From Priapulus caudatus (taxonomy: Eukaryota): a DNA stretch of 20,000 bases. The stretch covers positions 396,300 to 416,299 of the forward strand of contig NW_014577076.1 of assembly GCF_000485595.1 (NCBI RefSeq). The letters are read 5' to 3'. A program made the translations under genes and the position numbers. Of this stretch, positions 1 through 10,678 are shown one piece after another. The notes below the pieces were generated by a model. The model saw nothing but the letters and a program-made list of their open reading frames with translations, was not told the origin of the DNA and made no database searches. Every line of letters begins with the position of its first letter. Position 1 is the stretch's first letter.

Positions 1-28
1 GCCTTTAACATTTGAGTTTTTAACATAT

Positions 29-580
29 GTAGCCTGTCAGATCAAAACATGGCGTAGGACTTCAATTTTCATTCTAAGTTAGTGATTTTTCACCTAAAAG
101 TAGTAGAAAGCCGATTTTTTTTGTCATAAATACCTTTAGTATTTATCCATGTTCGATGTTACATCAATAAAACTGGCCAAAAGTGTGTCTTTATGTGTTT
201 ATTAATGTTATTTTATGTGTTTATTTACCTTAACTGTAAGCTACCATTTTCGTACTTCATACAGTGGATGGTTATTATGTCTGGTACGTTCATGCAAAAA
301 TTCATGTGTCTAGCTCAATGGGAATATGTTTTTTTAGATTTTTGTCCAAATGAAGGCCAAATGAAAACAAACTTTAACTTTATGACCTAATTACTCTGAA
401 CTTTGTTTTCCAAAATCGGCCCGATTCCAACTACTCAAATGCTCATGACTTCCGAACCATGTGACCTAGGAAGAAGATATTGGTGTCAAAATAACCAGAA
501 TTGAATGGTCTTTCTGGTAAAACTACTAACTCATAATGTCCGAATTGAGTCCTACGGCATGTTTTGATCTGACAGGCTAC
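29..580. mobile_element. Non-autonomous DNA transposon (MITE), ~552 bp, ~38-bp TIRs
   Basis: Left GTAGCCTGTCAGATCAAAACATGGCGTAGGAC(T)TCAATT (29-) is the near-perfect reverse complement of AATTGAGTCCTACGGCATGTTTTGATCTGACAGGCTAC (-580); ATAT on both flanks. Confidence 0.85.
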
Positions 581-1044
581 ATATAATAGAAATTTGCATA
601 GAACATGGACTTTATTTCAGTTTTGCCACTATACCTGTTAAACATGTTAAAACTATACATTATAATATTTGCCATTGCTATGTTCATATTTACCAATCTG
701 GGCTTTGTTTGCAAATATGGTGGTGTTTCACTATTTGTGTACACGTATATAAATACGTAACCCAACAGAGAAGGGTCTACAGGGCACGTATCTATTTAAT
801 CTAAAAAATAAACCTGTATCTTTGAACCTATATGAACTGAAAATATGCAAGGAACCTAGAGTCATATATCTCCTTAAAAACACAAAGCTATAAAAATAAT
901 CTGCTATGTACAGATAAAAAATGTAAGCAGAACTAATTTTGAATCAGCTGTATAAGCCTATCACTTAGGGCAGCTCAAGGATAGAGAGCATGGTCCCCAA
1001 TAAAATCCGACAAATATCCAAAAAAGCGACATGTATATATATAT

Positions 1045-1100
1045 TGTGCGTGCGTGCGTGCGTGCGTGTGTGTGAAAGACAGAGCGAGAGAGCGAGAGAG
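1045..1100. repeat. Compound microsatellite (GCGT)n/(GT)n/(GA)n
   Basis: tgcgtgcgtgcgtgcgtgcgtgtgtgtg...gagcgagagagcgagagag read directly. Confidence 0.85.
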
Positions 1101-1502
1101 GACGGATGAAATGATAGACGGCAGCAGTGCATATATTGTATATTTACGGCAATCAGCAGAGCGTCCCGTTGCGCAATCATGCGTGTACGCAAGTTGCGCG
1201 ATCACTGTGTGAGTGGATGTCCGGATGCGTAGCCTGGAGACTAGGCGACCGGTTCCGGACGCGTAGCCACTGCGATAATTATATGCTCTGGTATTAGTAC
1301 TATTACTAATACTATTAGTATTACTTAGTATTAGTAATGATGCTCCATACTCAGTATCACTATCAGTATCAGTATCAGCACTGTATCACTATCAGTTTCA
1401 ACAGAGCACGTATGATATCCGTGCTCTGGAATCAATTATCATACTCGAGTCATAGTCATACGCCTACACTGCTCAATCCTAGTTTGTGCCGCGTTTGGGC
1501 CT

Positions 1503-1898
1503 ACAGGCACTTGGAGCGTTTCAATAAAATATAATGCTAAATAAATACAAAATCTATTTACTACCAAAGTCTTAATGTTTCTCTACTCTCTTTCACCTAT
1601 TATTGCCGGAAATTTCCTGTAAATGCTGTCAAAATGCTCATCTGTAACACACGCTGGCTGCCGCACGCTAGCTGAGCACTGCACACTGACACATAAATAT
1701 ATTTATGTGTCAGTGTGCAGCAGCTAGCATGTGGCTGCCAGCATGTGTTGCATGTGAGCATTTAGACGGCATTTGCAGGAAATTGTCAGCAATAATAGGT
1801 GAAAGAGAGTAGAGAAACATTAAGACTTTGGTAGTATTAGTAAATAGATTTCGTATTTATTTAGCATTATATTTTATTGAAACGCTCCAAGTGCCTGT
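1503..1898. mobile_element. ~400-bp foldback (fully palindromic) MITE
   Basis: Arms ACAGGCACTTGGAGCGTTTCAATAAAATATAATGCTAAATAAAT... / ...ATTTATTTAGCATTATATTTTATTGAAACGCTCCAAGTGCCTGT pair imperfectly all the way to the centre ACATAAATA|TATTTATGT at 1699/1700. Confidence 0.85.
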
Positions 1899-2123
1899 GC
1901 ACCGGCCCTTATTTTCGCAAATGTGCTAAGCTAAGCCAGGGACACTGGCGTGCTAAACTAAGATTTGGCTACCCTGACACTGTTAGTGTTACTCCTACTC
2001 TTAGAGGCTATAATTATTTTCTCTCTATTTTGACTCTATTATTAATAGTAATAATTATATATGAATGTATATATAATATAATGACTTGATGATATTTTGT
2101 GTGGGTATCTTTAATGTTGCCAG

Positions 2124-2250
2124 ATTTGTCAGACGTTTTGAGCAATTATGATGTTCTACACCAATCGCAAATATCACACATCATAGTGAAAAGAGGCACC
2201 AAGGGAAAAGGTGACCACGTAAAGGAACTTAAATTTTCCGGACTTGGAAG
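2124..2250 (+). CDS. ADAM17: ADAM17 exon (prodomain start, [25 protein letters not shown]...FSGLGR)
   Basis: cag| acceptor at 2121-2123, AG|gtaac donor; resembles the vertebrate ADAM17 prodomain start as I recall it (LLSDYDIL...VRKR...FSALKR). Confidence 0.88.
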
Positions 2251-5200
2251 GTAACAAAGCATTAATTGTGACATGATCACAGTGTCAGAGGTTTACTCAT
2301 AAACTAATTAGCTTCCAGAAATGATTATTATACAATTGAGTGTGTTCTACTGTAATGCCAATATGTGCAGTGACTACTAGTTTGTCTACACATTTTTTTC
2401 TAGACACGTATGCATGCATGAATGCATGCAGGTACACGTGTATGCAGCAGCAGAACATTGAAGACACATGCCACATGCCCGTGTGTGTAAAATAATTCAT
2501 TAATTGGTGATCAACATTTATACATGATTAAACTTTTAATTTTTCCAGACATTTCACATTGTCATTAAAACCAACAGTGGGGTTATTATCGCCCCAGTTC
2601 AAAGCATATGTTGTGGATGGGTACGGCAACAAAGAAGCTGTTCCTGTTGATCCAGAGATTTTCTTTTCGGGTGTTGTCACAGGTAAACACAATTGATAAT
2701 AATGACTTGCTGCTAAGTCTTTGCTGTTGCACTTTAATGTGATTGTCTCAGGTGTGCTCATGTGCTCAGGTGTGTGTGTGAGGTAAAACTGTTCTTTTTT
2801 GAGCATTTTGGTCATGTCAGTATTTACACCCATTAATTCTTTGCCATTTGATGCATAAATTACATTCTGTCTTTGTTGTATGCTATGAGGTAATCAAATA
2901 TTAAATAAACATAAAATATGCCATCGTAGTATATTAATGAAAAGCAAGATAATATTAGCAGGAATATAATGAATATTACAGTACTGGTGTCAGGTTTTGA
3001 AATAGATGTATGTTAAATAAAGACAGAAACAATAGAATACAAAGCTGCATGGCTCCAGACTTGCAGATATGTATATCTAAAACAACATAGAAATTAGATT
3101 ACATTAAAATTCCTACATTTTTATGCCAATAATATAGGTGAGAAAACATCTAGTGTGCAAGCCTATGTGGACGATGACAACCTGTTGACTGCCACCATAG
3201 CAACACCTGATGACACATATCACATCGAGGTACCACAAGTCAATTGACTGAGATACTTGTAAACCTACTCATTGCATTGAAGTTTTTGTCACGTTGGTAA
3301 TGAAACTGTGCTAAGCGAAATGTCATTAGATATTACAGATGAGAAAAAATGTGTATGTATTACATTTCGAATTGCTTGATTTTGTCAGCCGATGTGGCAG
3401 TATGCTCCTGAAGGAGGAAATGACTCGATGGTCATGTACAAGGGATCTGATGTCAAAAGAATTCAGAAGCACCACTCACATGACAGGTAATTTCATAGTG
3501 GTATCAATTATACATATGTTTCATGGCTGTTACTCTGCATAGGCATTATGCTCTTATTGACTTATTTTCTATTCATATACATAAATAAGCAGACATTTTT
3601 ATAGTTTTTCAGCAGTACCTGCATCCTTAATCAAATTTCAAACGTGTGTTTAGTTTCTGTGGGTACGTGACACCACCCCCAGGAGTTATTGTGGACAACA
3701 AAATTGATGATGAGGAGCACAAGAAGTCAAAGAAAGGGAAAAATCAGGGATTCTCAAAGGAAAATGACATTGCAGACAAACACAGCCGAGTGAAGCGCCA
3801 ACAGCAAAGCAGTCATTCCGATGGAAGGACACGTTGTTCTCTGTTCCTCGTTGCTGACTATAAATTCTTTAGTGAAATGGGACAGGGTAACAGATTGAAT
3901 ACGATTAATTACCTAGTAAGTTTGATTACATTGTGTGGTAGACATTGAGAACAAGATAGTAAGCATTGTGCACTTATAGTCACTAAATTAAAAGTTTTAA
4001 GTTTCATAGCAGATTGCTAACATCATTTGTAATGGCAAAGACACTGTTATAAATGGGTGTCATAAACCTTTGAGAGTCAGCTTTGAGAAAGCCCCCTGTC
4101 AGGAGGCGAAACGTCAGCTGTACGTTTTCAATCTTCACGGTTAAGTAACAATGAACCCAGTTAAATCTATTAGTCTACCAACCGAATAAACTTATTTAAC
4201 GAGTCATAAACTTTGTTTTGTATAGATTGGTTTAATCCATGTGGTCAATGAGATATACCTATCTACTACGTGGGAGAAGAACATCACAAACATGGCGTTT
4301 GTTGTGAGAGATATTCTCGTACACAAAGAGGCACAGAAGAATCTAGCCGTTGGCGATGAACATTACAATATGGACAAAAGTGGATGGGATGTAAAGAACC
4401 TGCTAACGGTGTGTAGTCAGACTTCATTAGTCACAGATGTTCACCTCTAGTGCAGTAGCTATATTAGTATAATTAGTTGTACATAGTAAAGTAACTAAAT
4501 TTCTTCTTTCTGTTGTTGCTGGTGACGTTTATTTATTTGTTGTTTGTTTGCATGCTATAATCCTACCATATATCTTAAGAACATTGTAGGAAGTAACCTT
4601 TGCTCCCTCAGGCTTTCAGCAGAGGTAACTACAGATCATATTGCCTCGCTCACTTGTTCACGCATCAGAAGTTTGCTGGTGGAGTTCTAGGTCTGGCTTA
4701 TGTCGGGTCACCCCGTCAGCACACTGTTGGTGGCATTTGTACACCTGGTAGGTTAGGATAAATGTTTGTAAAATATAGATTAACGTGTAAAAGATGTATC
4801 CTTATGTCTTTCTTGTGCCAATTTAAATCACTTGCAGCTTGATGTTTTATGTGCATTTAAGTATGCCCTAAAAGGGTAAAGTTACAAAATGTGTTCTCCA
4901 CATCAGCATAAAATACAAGCAAGCATTGAAAAACCATTTGAATATTTGTTGTGTATTAAGAGTTCCAGCAGGCTGTTTTTCTGTCCCTGCAGAATACTAT
5001 TCGGATGGAGTTTTATGGCTGAACACCGGGCTCAGCAGCTCTCTCAACTATGCCAATAGAAAGGTTGTGAAAAAAGAAGCAAATATTGTGACTGCTCATG
5101 GTAAGGAATTACTGCCCAACACTGCAGCACCTTCTTATTGCCCTGGTTTATCTGCATTTGATTTGACACAATCTAATGTAAATTACATTTTTATGTTGTT

Positions 5201-8200
5201 CGTGGAACTTTCTGAGCTTCAGGCAATAAGTTTCAGAGAAAGTAGCTAACAGCATGTTAGAAAATTCAGTTTAAGAAAATGAAAGAGAATATTAATTAGA
5301 TTCACGGTATTATATGGCTTCTTGGAGATTTATTGATGGGTAGATACTACATGAGGTGGCACTACAGGTAATACTACTTATGTGAGAAAGAACAGTTACA
5401 CAATGAAAATACTCTTAAGAGATTATGTATAAACAATGCTGTTGTCTTACCATCAGAACTTGGTCATAACTGGGGCAGTGAGCACGATCCAGACACTGAC
5501 GAATGTGCGAATCCTGACGGTGGATCTTACATAATGTACACCTACTCCGTCAGTGGTTACTACAACAACAATGACAACTTCTCTCCATGTAGCAAACGCT
5601 CCGTCGGTATGGTGCTGCAAGCAAAGGCATCGAAATGCTTTACAGGTGTGTCTTGCTATGGTTGTACATGTAGTGTAACAAGGCAGAGTGGGACTGTAAA
5701 CTCGAACCAAGCTTAGAAATTGTGTTTATTTTGCAACAAAATTTATATCGACCTATCAATATAGAGCATTATGGATTGGACTTGATGACTCAAGGGCCTT
5801 TTCTGTCCCAAGGCATTCCATGATATTTTTACTTTCCACTATAATAATGTAGACCTCTATCTAAAAATTGCTATAGTTAAGCTAAGCTATTTGTGAGAAT
5901 TATTAATTAAATCTTGATTATAATTCAATCAGTAGTGAGACAACATTCATTTCATGACATCTTTCAGTAATGTGCCGACCTGTTTACTTTTTACAGAACA
6001 ATAATAATTGGCGATGATAACGTTTTGAGCAGTATATACGATAATTATACTTGCTGATTTTTTAGAGCCAACAACAGCATTTTGTGGCAATTTTTTGGTG
6101 GAGGAAGGAGAAGAGTGTGATGCAGGCTTGATAGAATCTGGTGAGGAGGACCCATGCTGTACCCACAACTGCGAACTCAAGTCAGAATGCAGGTATTTGT
6201 CACGTCAAGTGTCAAGTTACGTATTCTACCCGAATGAGTTTATCTCAGCATGGATTGGTTCTGATGTAATTTTGAAAAATGACAAAATTCTACCCATATA
6301 ATTTACAACTGCATCTGTGAAACAAACCGTGTGACATGTAATATCTACACTCTGATTTCAGTGACAAAAACTCCCCATGCTGTGATGGATGTAGCTTTGC
6401 GAATAAGGGGTTCGAGTGCCGAAAGGCAAGCCAACTTGATGCACTGTGTGAGAAAGATGCAGAATGCACGGGCACATCTGCAGAGTGTCCTAAGGGCAGT
6501 CCTGTTGAGAATGTGAAGAACGTTTCCTGCCTTGACTCCGGAACATGTATTGACGGGATTTGCGTCCCATATTGTGAAGTGCGTGAGATGTTTTCCTGCG
6601 TGTGTGATGGAGGTAAATGCGAATGTTTCTAATGGGTGCACAGCTCATGAAACTCACTTTGCCATGCATTCTTGGTGCATGAAAGGCTATGAAAATAGTT
6701 GCGTTCTAAATCTTCTGATTCTAAATGTCCCGATATACTCTTAATGTCTGTATGCAAAGTATCCAGATTTTACAGTTTTTTTCTGCTGTTCACACAGTAT
6801 TGTGTACTTTCAGCCATTTTAGAAGATCTTAAAATAATTTCTATATACATGCTGTACATATGTATATGTCATTGTTGCCATTGGCTGCGAAATAATGATG
6901 TACAACCACCAATGTTTATCTTAGGTGACGGATGCAAACGTTGTTGTCGTAGTGCCACAAGAAACTGCACCAAATACACAAATCAAGATAATCCATTTGG
7001 CATTCAGTTGGATGAAGGCCAGCCATGTCATCTTGGCATATGCAGTGATGAGGTAATGTGAAATTATAGGATGTTATACCACCTAATGTATGCCGCTAAT
7101 GCATTATAATGATAACGTTTTTTAGCTTGCTGCTATAAATCTTTCCAATACGAGTTCTAGTCAAATGATCCCCACGGAAATACCAGTATGCTCAGATATT
7201 GCCTCAAGTGGCAAAACTGCATTCAATAATCGGCATCGATTACTTTAGGGTATATGTGAGAAGACACAGCAAGATGCAGTTCAGCGATTTTGGAACATTA
7301 TCGAAGACATCGATATTAACTACATATGTAAGTTGAGTTTAAGCACGTTCTCTTCCTAAACACTTAGATAATTTTTTGCCACCCACATATGGGCAAAATA
7401 TAACCACCATCTGCCACATTGTTGGTTACATTGTAGTGACTACTATTTGTGTAGTCTTCTATCTGTTAAACTTACTATTGCGAGATTTTTGCTCAGAAAA
7501 ACTAAATATAGCTGAATATAGTCTCACCTGACAGTGGAAATATCGCTGAGAGGGTCTATGTCCGCCAGGGTACTATCAGAGGGTACCCTGGGTACGGTTC
7601 GATATATCGGATTGTACCCTTGTACTATCTAATATGCCGGACCGTACCTCGCCTACTCCACTAAGGAGTCTAGGGAGTCGCCTATGCCTACTCCCTAACC
7701 CTAACCATATCAGATAGTTACCATGCAGGGTACGGACCGATATATCGAACCGTACCCAGGGTACCCTCCGATAGTACCCTGGGGGACATAGACCCTATGA
7801 GCGAAAATATCACTGATTTAACCAACATTAAAAACACTAAGATTTTATGCAGTTATAGCATAGAAAAATGGATTTGACCAGATCATACCAGCAATAAATT
7901 TTATCGTGTCCCTACTCACAAAATCACAAATGGCGCCTTCAAACCAAGTGCATAATTAAAACAAAAGGGCGTGCAATTCTGTGTGGTAAATATTATTGAG
8001 TTTTTATGTCAATAATTCAGAGCACTTTCTGTCATTGTCATTCCAGTGTTACTATCTGACTGGTAATCCACAAGCTTCTCTAATAACAGACTTTACACGT
8101 CATTAGTACTACACTCCTGTTACGCTAGTATGAACGTCTGTGTTTACACTCTGACCCGATTTCTGTGGTGCGACTATGCATTACTGCACCGTGATAGTTG

Positions 8201-10678
8201 TCTCGCGCTACCGCGAGAAAGTCCGAGAGATGGCAACGGTAAACATAAACAGAACGCAAAATTGTAATCGTGCATGATTTGGTAAATACGAAGGTTCTAA
8301 GACATTTTATCGTTACTCTAGACAATTGCTGTTACTCCAGCAATAACGGTAGGTATCATGAAAGTGGGGAAAACACTGGAAATTTCTCGCAATAGTTACT
8401 TTAACTTTGTTGAAAGTCAGTGTTGACAAATATTTCACTTGATACTGATGTGCATTACAATGGATGATGCAGAATCTGTCTAATATGTGGTGTCAAATGT
8501 TTCAGTGGAATTCATCCATGACAATATAGTGGGAACAGTCATCATTCTCTCGCTAATCGTCTGGATACCAGCCAGTTGCATCGTGAACTACGTTGACAAT
8601 AAAAGGCGCGAGAAGGAAGAAGAGGAAATGACGTGGAGAAAACCTGATGTAAGTTTTATCCACAAGGCCTGCGTAAATTACGACACACCATCACATATCC
8701 CCATGGCGCAAATCAATGAGGAGTCTGAGAAAGACATGGCAGCATTTAGGATTAATAACTGCTCGCTTGCCACCGACATAGCTGTGAGCAGTCTCACAAG
8801 CCACGCTAACTACCAGAAAGACCAAGATGAGGTTTCCTCGCCTAATAAAGTGAATAACCCAGATCTGCTAAGTGATTCAATGTTCAGAGGTGATGACAGC
8901 GCTGCGATGGCTGGCCATGATGGTTCCGGTGGACCAGCTGAGCTGTTGACCGATTCTGGTAAATCAGCCCCCTGTGACACTTGCACTGAAGGCGAGATGA
9001 AAAATGATGCTGTTAAAGACAATAATAATAACCTAGTATATTCATGTATCGCAGATGATGCTGGCGCTGTGAAGGTATTGGATAATGGATGTAGTAGTAT
9101 GATTGAGGCAACTGCCATCGAGCGTGACAACAGAGGGAGATCCAAAGAGGGAGATGGCCGTAGAAAGGTTTCCAGCAAACCGAATTACTTTAATTTTGAT
9201 TTTCAGTATAGTGACAGAATACAGGGGCAAGTATACTACCCTTGACACACGGATTCTTTGACATAAGGCACTTTTACCTAGTATAGGTAGTGCTGTACTT
9301 GGTTTGACAGTCACCATTTCATTAGATCCCACGACGTCCACGTAAATGTTGCTTTGCGGCGTATTTTTTTTCCAAATAAAATGACTTATCGCAAAATTAT
9401 CTCTGTTTAATTCTGTTGGCTAGTGGCAGAATGCAAGTAGACCAGCAGACATGGAAAACGTATAGTTATTTGATCTTAAACAGGACGATCTTTCAGACAT
9501 ATCACGTGCTTGACTTGCTGCGAAGTCACCACGTGTTGTTCGAGATTAAATGTTGAGAGCAAAGAGTGCGTTCGATAATTAGCAGAAAACAGGAATTGTT
9601 ATTTGGTCAATCAATGTATGTATCAATCGAATCCAATCAATGTATTTTTATCAAAGTTTCTTTTATTAGAAAAGTAAACACGAATAAACGATTTCCCCTA
9701 ATATGCCATGTTTATAAATTGCATTGGAGGTGGTTACAATGCCCTAAATGCAGTCTCTCGTACTTGGTGCTGCTCCCACTGACGTGGAATTGCTCGTGTT
9801 CAGTAGTTGTTATCCAACCGAACAACCTGAAAAAAATGAAGACAAACCATAGTGCCAAACTGCCAACCATAACAAACGACGTAGACCACAAGGAAACGAT
9901 CGGGGTGAAGGTGTCGTAAAAATATAATTAAACTGTGGAGTGTTCAAGGACATTGAAACGATTACTACTCTTATTATTACAATAAATAGCTACTTTACTG
10001 CATGCTATACATATGTGAACTCGGATTACTCTGGCAAGACTACACTTGATACTTTCTGTATTGGTGCATCAATTAATATGGCATGTCATGTGGTAAATTG
10101 AATTAGCAGTCAATCATATGTATAGCCATGCATCACAGAAGTATAATCTGTATTTTGGGTGCAAAAGAAGTTTAGTAAACAATGCATTAGTCCTTGCAAT
10201 TGTATATAATGCCATCTACAATTAATGTACATGAATAATGCTGAATCGCATAGGAATATAATGGCATCAGGGGAGACATCCTAATTAATTATATAATTTG
10301 TAATTGGTACATAGAAAGTCACCGATTAATGGTTTTTACAATGCCTGGAAAGCATTACATGACAACGTTCTCTGTGAGTTATTATCAGGTGTTTGCCTGT
10401 TGAACATGTTGAAATAGAAATAAAGTTGTTATAGCATATTTAATATTTAGCCTTCTAGTGAAAAGATCTATTTGTCCCCCTGGTAGTCACCTGACATTGT
10501 TTAACATACGACACCTGCTTGTCTATTGCAGAACACAAATCTGATTCGGGATTATGATGCAAGTCGAATACGAAATTTTGGGACGCGTACGGTGAGGTCG
10601 ATGCGAGGAAACAACAGTGCACAGCCTTCAGCTGCCCCACCATTTACTAACATAGTGGAACCATCTGTGGACTATTAA
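2124..10678 (+). CDS. ADAM17: ADAM17/TACE-like disintegrin and metalloproteinase, 5'-partial, 15 coding exons: 2124-2250, 2549-2682, 3138-3229, 3389-3486, 3654-3915, 4226-4408, 4612-4747, 4993-5100, 5457-5645, 6066-6192, 6362-6612, 6925-7052, 7249-7327, 8506-8648, 10532-10678
   Basis: All introns are GT-AG with compatible phases; exons sum to 2204 nt (+1 nt from the missing exon = 735 codons including the stop). Hallmarks: prodomain [12 protein letters not shown]...IVKR, cysteine switch FCGY, furin site RVKR, CLAHLFT...[31 protein letters not shown] zinc motif, Met-turn [19 protein letters not shown] disintegrin start, CKRCC, CANDIS-like [50 protein letters not shown]. Confidence 0.95.
2549..2682 (+). 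CDS. ADAM17: ADAM17 exon (prodomain, HFTLSLKP...FKAYVVDG...FFSGVVTG)
   Basis: ttttccag| acceptor, AG|gtaaac donor, frame continuous with neighbours. Confidence 0.9.
3138..3229 (+). CDS. ADAM17: ADAM17 exon (prodomain, [30 protein letters not shown])
   Basis: atag| acceptor, GAG|gtac donor; typical ADAM prodomain Y.IEP motif spans the junction. Confidence 0.9.
3389..3486 (+). CDS. ADAM17: ADAM17 exon (prodomain, [23 protein letters not shown])
   Basis: tttgtcag| acceptor, AG|gtaat donor; MxxYKxSDV motif. Confidence 0.88.
3654..3915 (+). CDS. ADAM17: ADAM17 exon (cysteine switch FCGY, furin RVKR, start of catalytic domain [12 protein letters not shown])
   Basis: tttag| acceptor, CTA|gtaagt donor; overlaps ORF 3646..3948. 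Confidence 0.93.
4059..4211 (+). mobile_element. Penelope-like retroelement/retrozyme terminal fragment in an ADAM17 intron
   Basis: Hammerhead motif followed by AATAAA (4185-4190); flanked by direct repeats GTCATAAAC at 4059-4067 and 4203-4211. Confidence 0.55.
4078..4120 (+). ncRNA. Minimal type-I hammerhead ribozyme motif of Penelope-like retroelement type (U3-A8 core variant)
   Basis: CAGCU-UUGAGAA-A-GCC(C CCU GUC AGG A)GGC-GAAA-CG-UC-AGCUG: helix I CAGCU/AGCUG, helix II GCC/GGC plus CCU/AGG, GAAA core, palindromic ACGU helix III, UC cleavage site. Confidence 0.7.
4226..4408 (+). CDS. ADAM17: ADAM17 exon (catalytic domain, [16 protein letters not shown]...HYNM...WDVKNLLT)
   Basis: tatag| acceptor, ACG|gtgtgt donor. 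Confidence 0.92.
4612..4747 (+). CDS. ADAM17: ADAM17 exon ([45 protein letters not shown])
   Basis: ccctcag| acceptor, G|gtaggt donor; highly conserved ADAM17/ADAM10 motif. Confidence 0.95.
4993..5100 (+). CDS. ADAM17: ADAM17 exon ([27 protein letters not shown])
   Basis: ctgcag| acceptor, G|gtaagg donor; ends with the first zinc-ligand His. Confidence 0.95.
5457..5645 (+). CDS. ADAM17: ADAM17 exon ([13 protein letters not shown] zinc-binding motif, Met-turn, FSPCSKRSV)
   Basis: catcag| acceptor, AG|gtgtgt donor; completes HExGHxxGxxHD. Confidence 0.96.
6066..6192 (+). CDS. ADAM17: ADAM17 exon (disintegrin start, [16 protein letters not shown]...DPCC)
   Basis: tttag| acceptor, AG|gtattt donor. 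Confidence 0.94.
6362..6612 (+). CDS. ADAM17: ADAM17 exon (disintegrin/cysteine-rich, SDKNSPCC...[17 protein letters not shown]...SCVC)
   Basis: tttcag| acceptor, G|gtaaat donor; ADAM17 Cys spacing. Confidence 0.94.
6925..7052 (+). CDS. ADAM17: ADAM17 exon (membrane-proximal domain, CKRCC...GQPCHLGIC)
   Basis: cttag| acceptor, GAG|gtaatg donor. Confidence 0.92.
7249..7327 (+). CDS. ADAM17: ADAM17 exon (CANDIS-like stalk [26 protein letters not shown])
   Basis: ctttag| acceptor, T|gtaagt donor; ADAM17-specific QD..eRFW motif. Confidence 0.93.
7473..8397. mobile_element. Degenerate non-autonomous TIR element (CACTA/Chapaev-like ends), ~925 bp
   Basis: Left TACTATTGCGAGATTTTT vs right AAATTTCTCGCAATAGTT (inverted); 3-bp ACT on both flanks. 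Confidence 0.55.
7551..7796. mobile_element. Foldback MITE with ~70-bp TIRs and internal CCCTAA repeats, nested in the 7473-8397 element
   Basis: AGGGTCTATGTCCGCCAGGGTACTATCAGAGGGTACCCTGGGTACGGTTCGATATATCGG... vs the inverted copy ending GGACATAGACCCT; weaker pairing extends to 7532/7815; CCCTAACCCTAACC at 7693-7706. Confidence 0.85.
8506..8648 (+). CDS. ADAM17: ADAM17 exon (transmembrane helix and juxtamembrane tail)
   Basis: tttcag| acceptor; [26 protein letters not shown]; consensus donor GAT|gtaagt at 8649, although the frame also reads through to 9245. Confidence 0.9.
8649..9245 (+). CDS. ADAM17: Possible alternative (read-through) ADAM17 cytoplasmic tail, 198 aa, acidic/low-complexity
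   Basis: Stop-free in-frame continuation of the TM exon for ~600 nt, more GC-rich than neighbouring introns; AATAAA at 9375-9380. Confidence 0.5.
   Translation, partial: VSFIHKACVNYDTPSHIPMAQINEESEKDMAAFRINNCSLATDIAVSSLTSHANYQKDQDEVSSPNKVNNPDLLSDSMFRGDDSAAMAGHDGSGGPAELLTDSGKSAPCDTCTEGEMKNDAVKDNNNNLVYSCIADDAGAVKVLDNGCSSMIEATAIERDNRGRSKEGDGRRKVSSKPNYFNFDFQYSDRIQGQVYYP
10532..10678 (+). CDS. ADAM17: Probable terminal ADAM17 exon ([19 protein letters not shown]...EPSVDY*)
   Basis: tattgcag| acceptor, phase 0 matches the 8648 donor, 48 open codons then TAA; joined W..PDNTNLI..D.SRI resembles invertebrate TACE tails (from memory). Confidence 0.7.
   Translation, partial: NTNLIRDYDASRIRNFGTRTVRSMRGNNSAQPSAAPPFTNIVEPSVDY

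Noticed and set aside
193..390. ORF MCLLMLFYVFIYLN... with a T|GTAAG donor as the ADAM17 signal-peptide exon
   Set aside because: It lies inside the 29-580 TIR element and its hydrophobicity follows from T-rich composition; the true first exon is more likely upstream of the window.
1290..1395. (TATTAG/TACT)n and (CAGTAT/CACTAT)n tracts, ORF 1337..1534
   Set aside because: Simple low-complexity repeats; the QYQYQ peptide is a by-product.
8810..9341. Minus-strand ORFs 8810..9178 and 9042..9341
   Set aside because: Antisense shadows of the ADAM17 read-through frame; no independent evidence.
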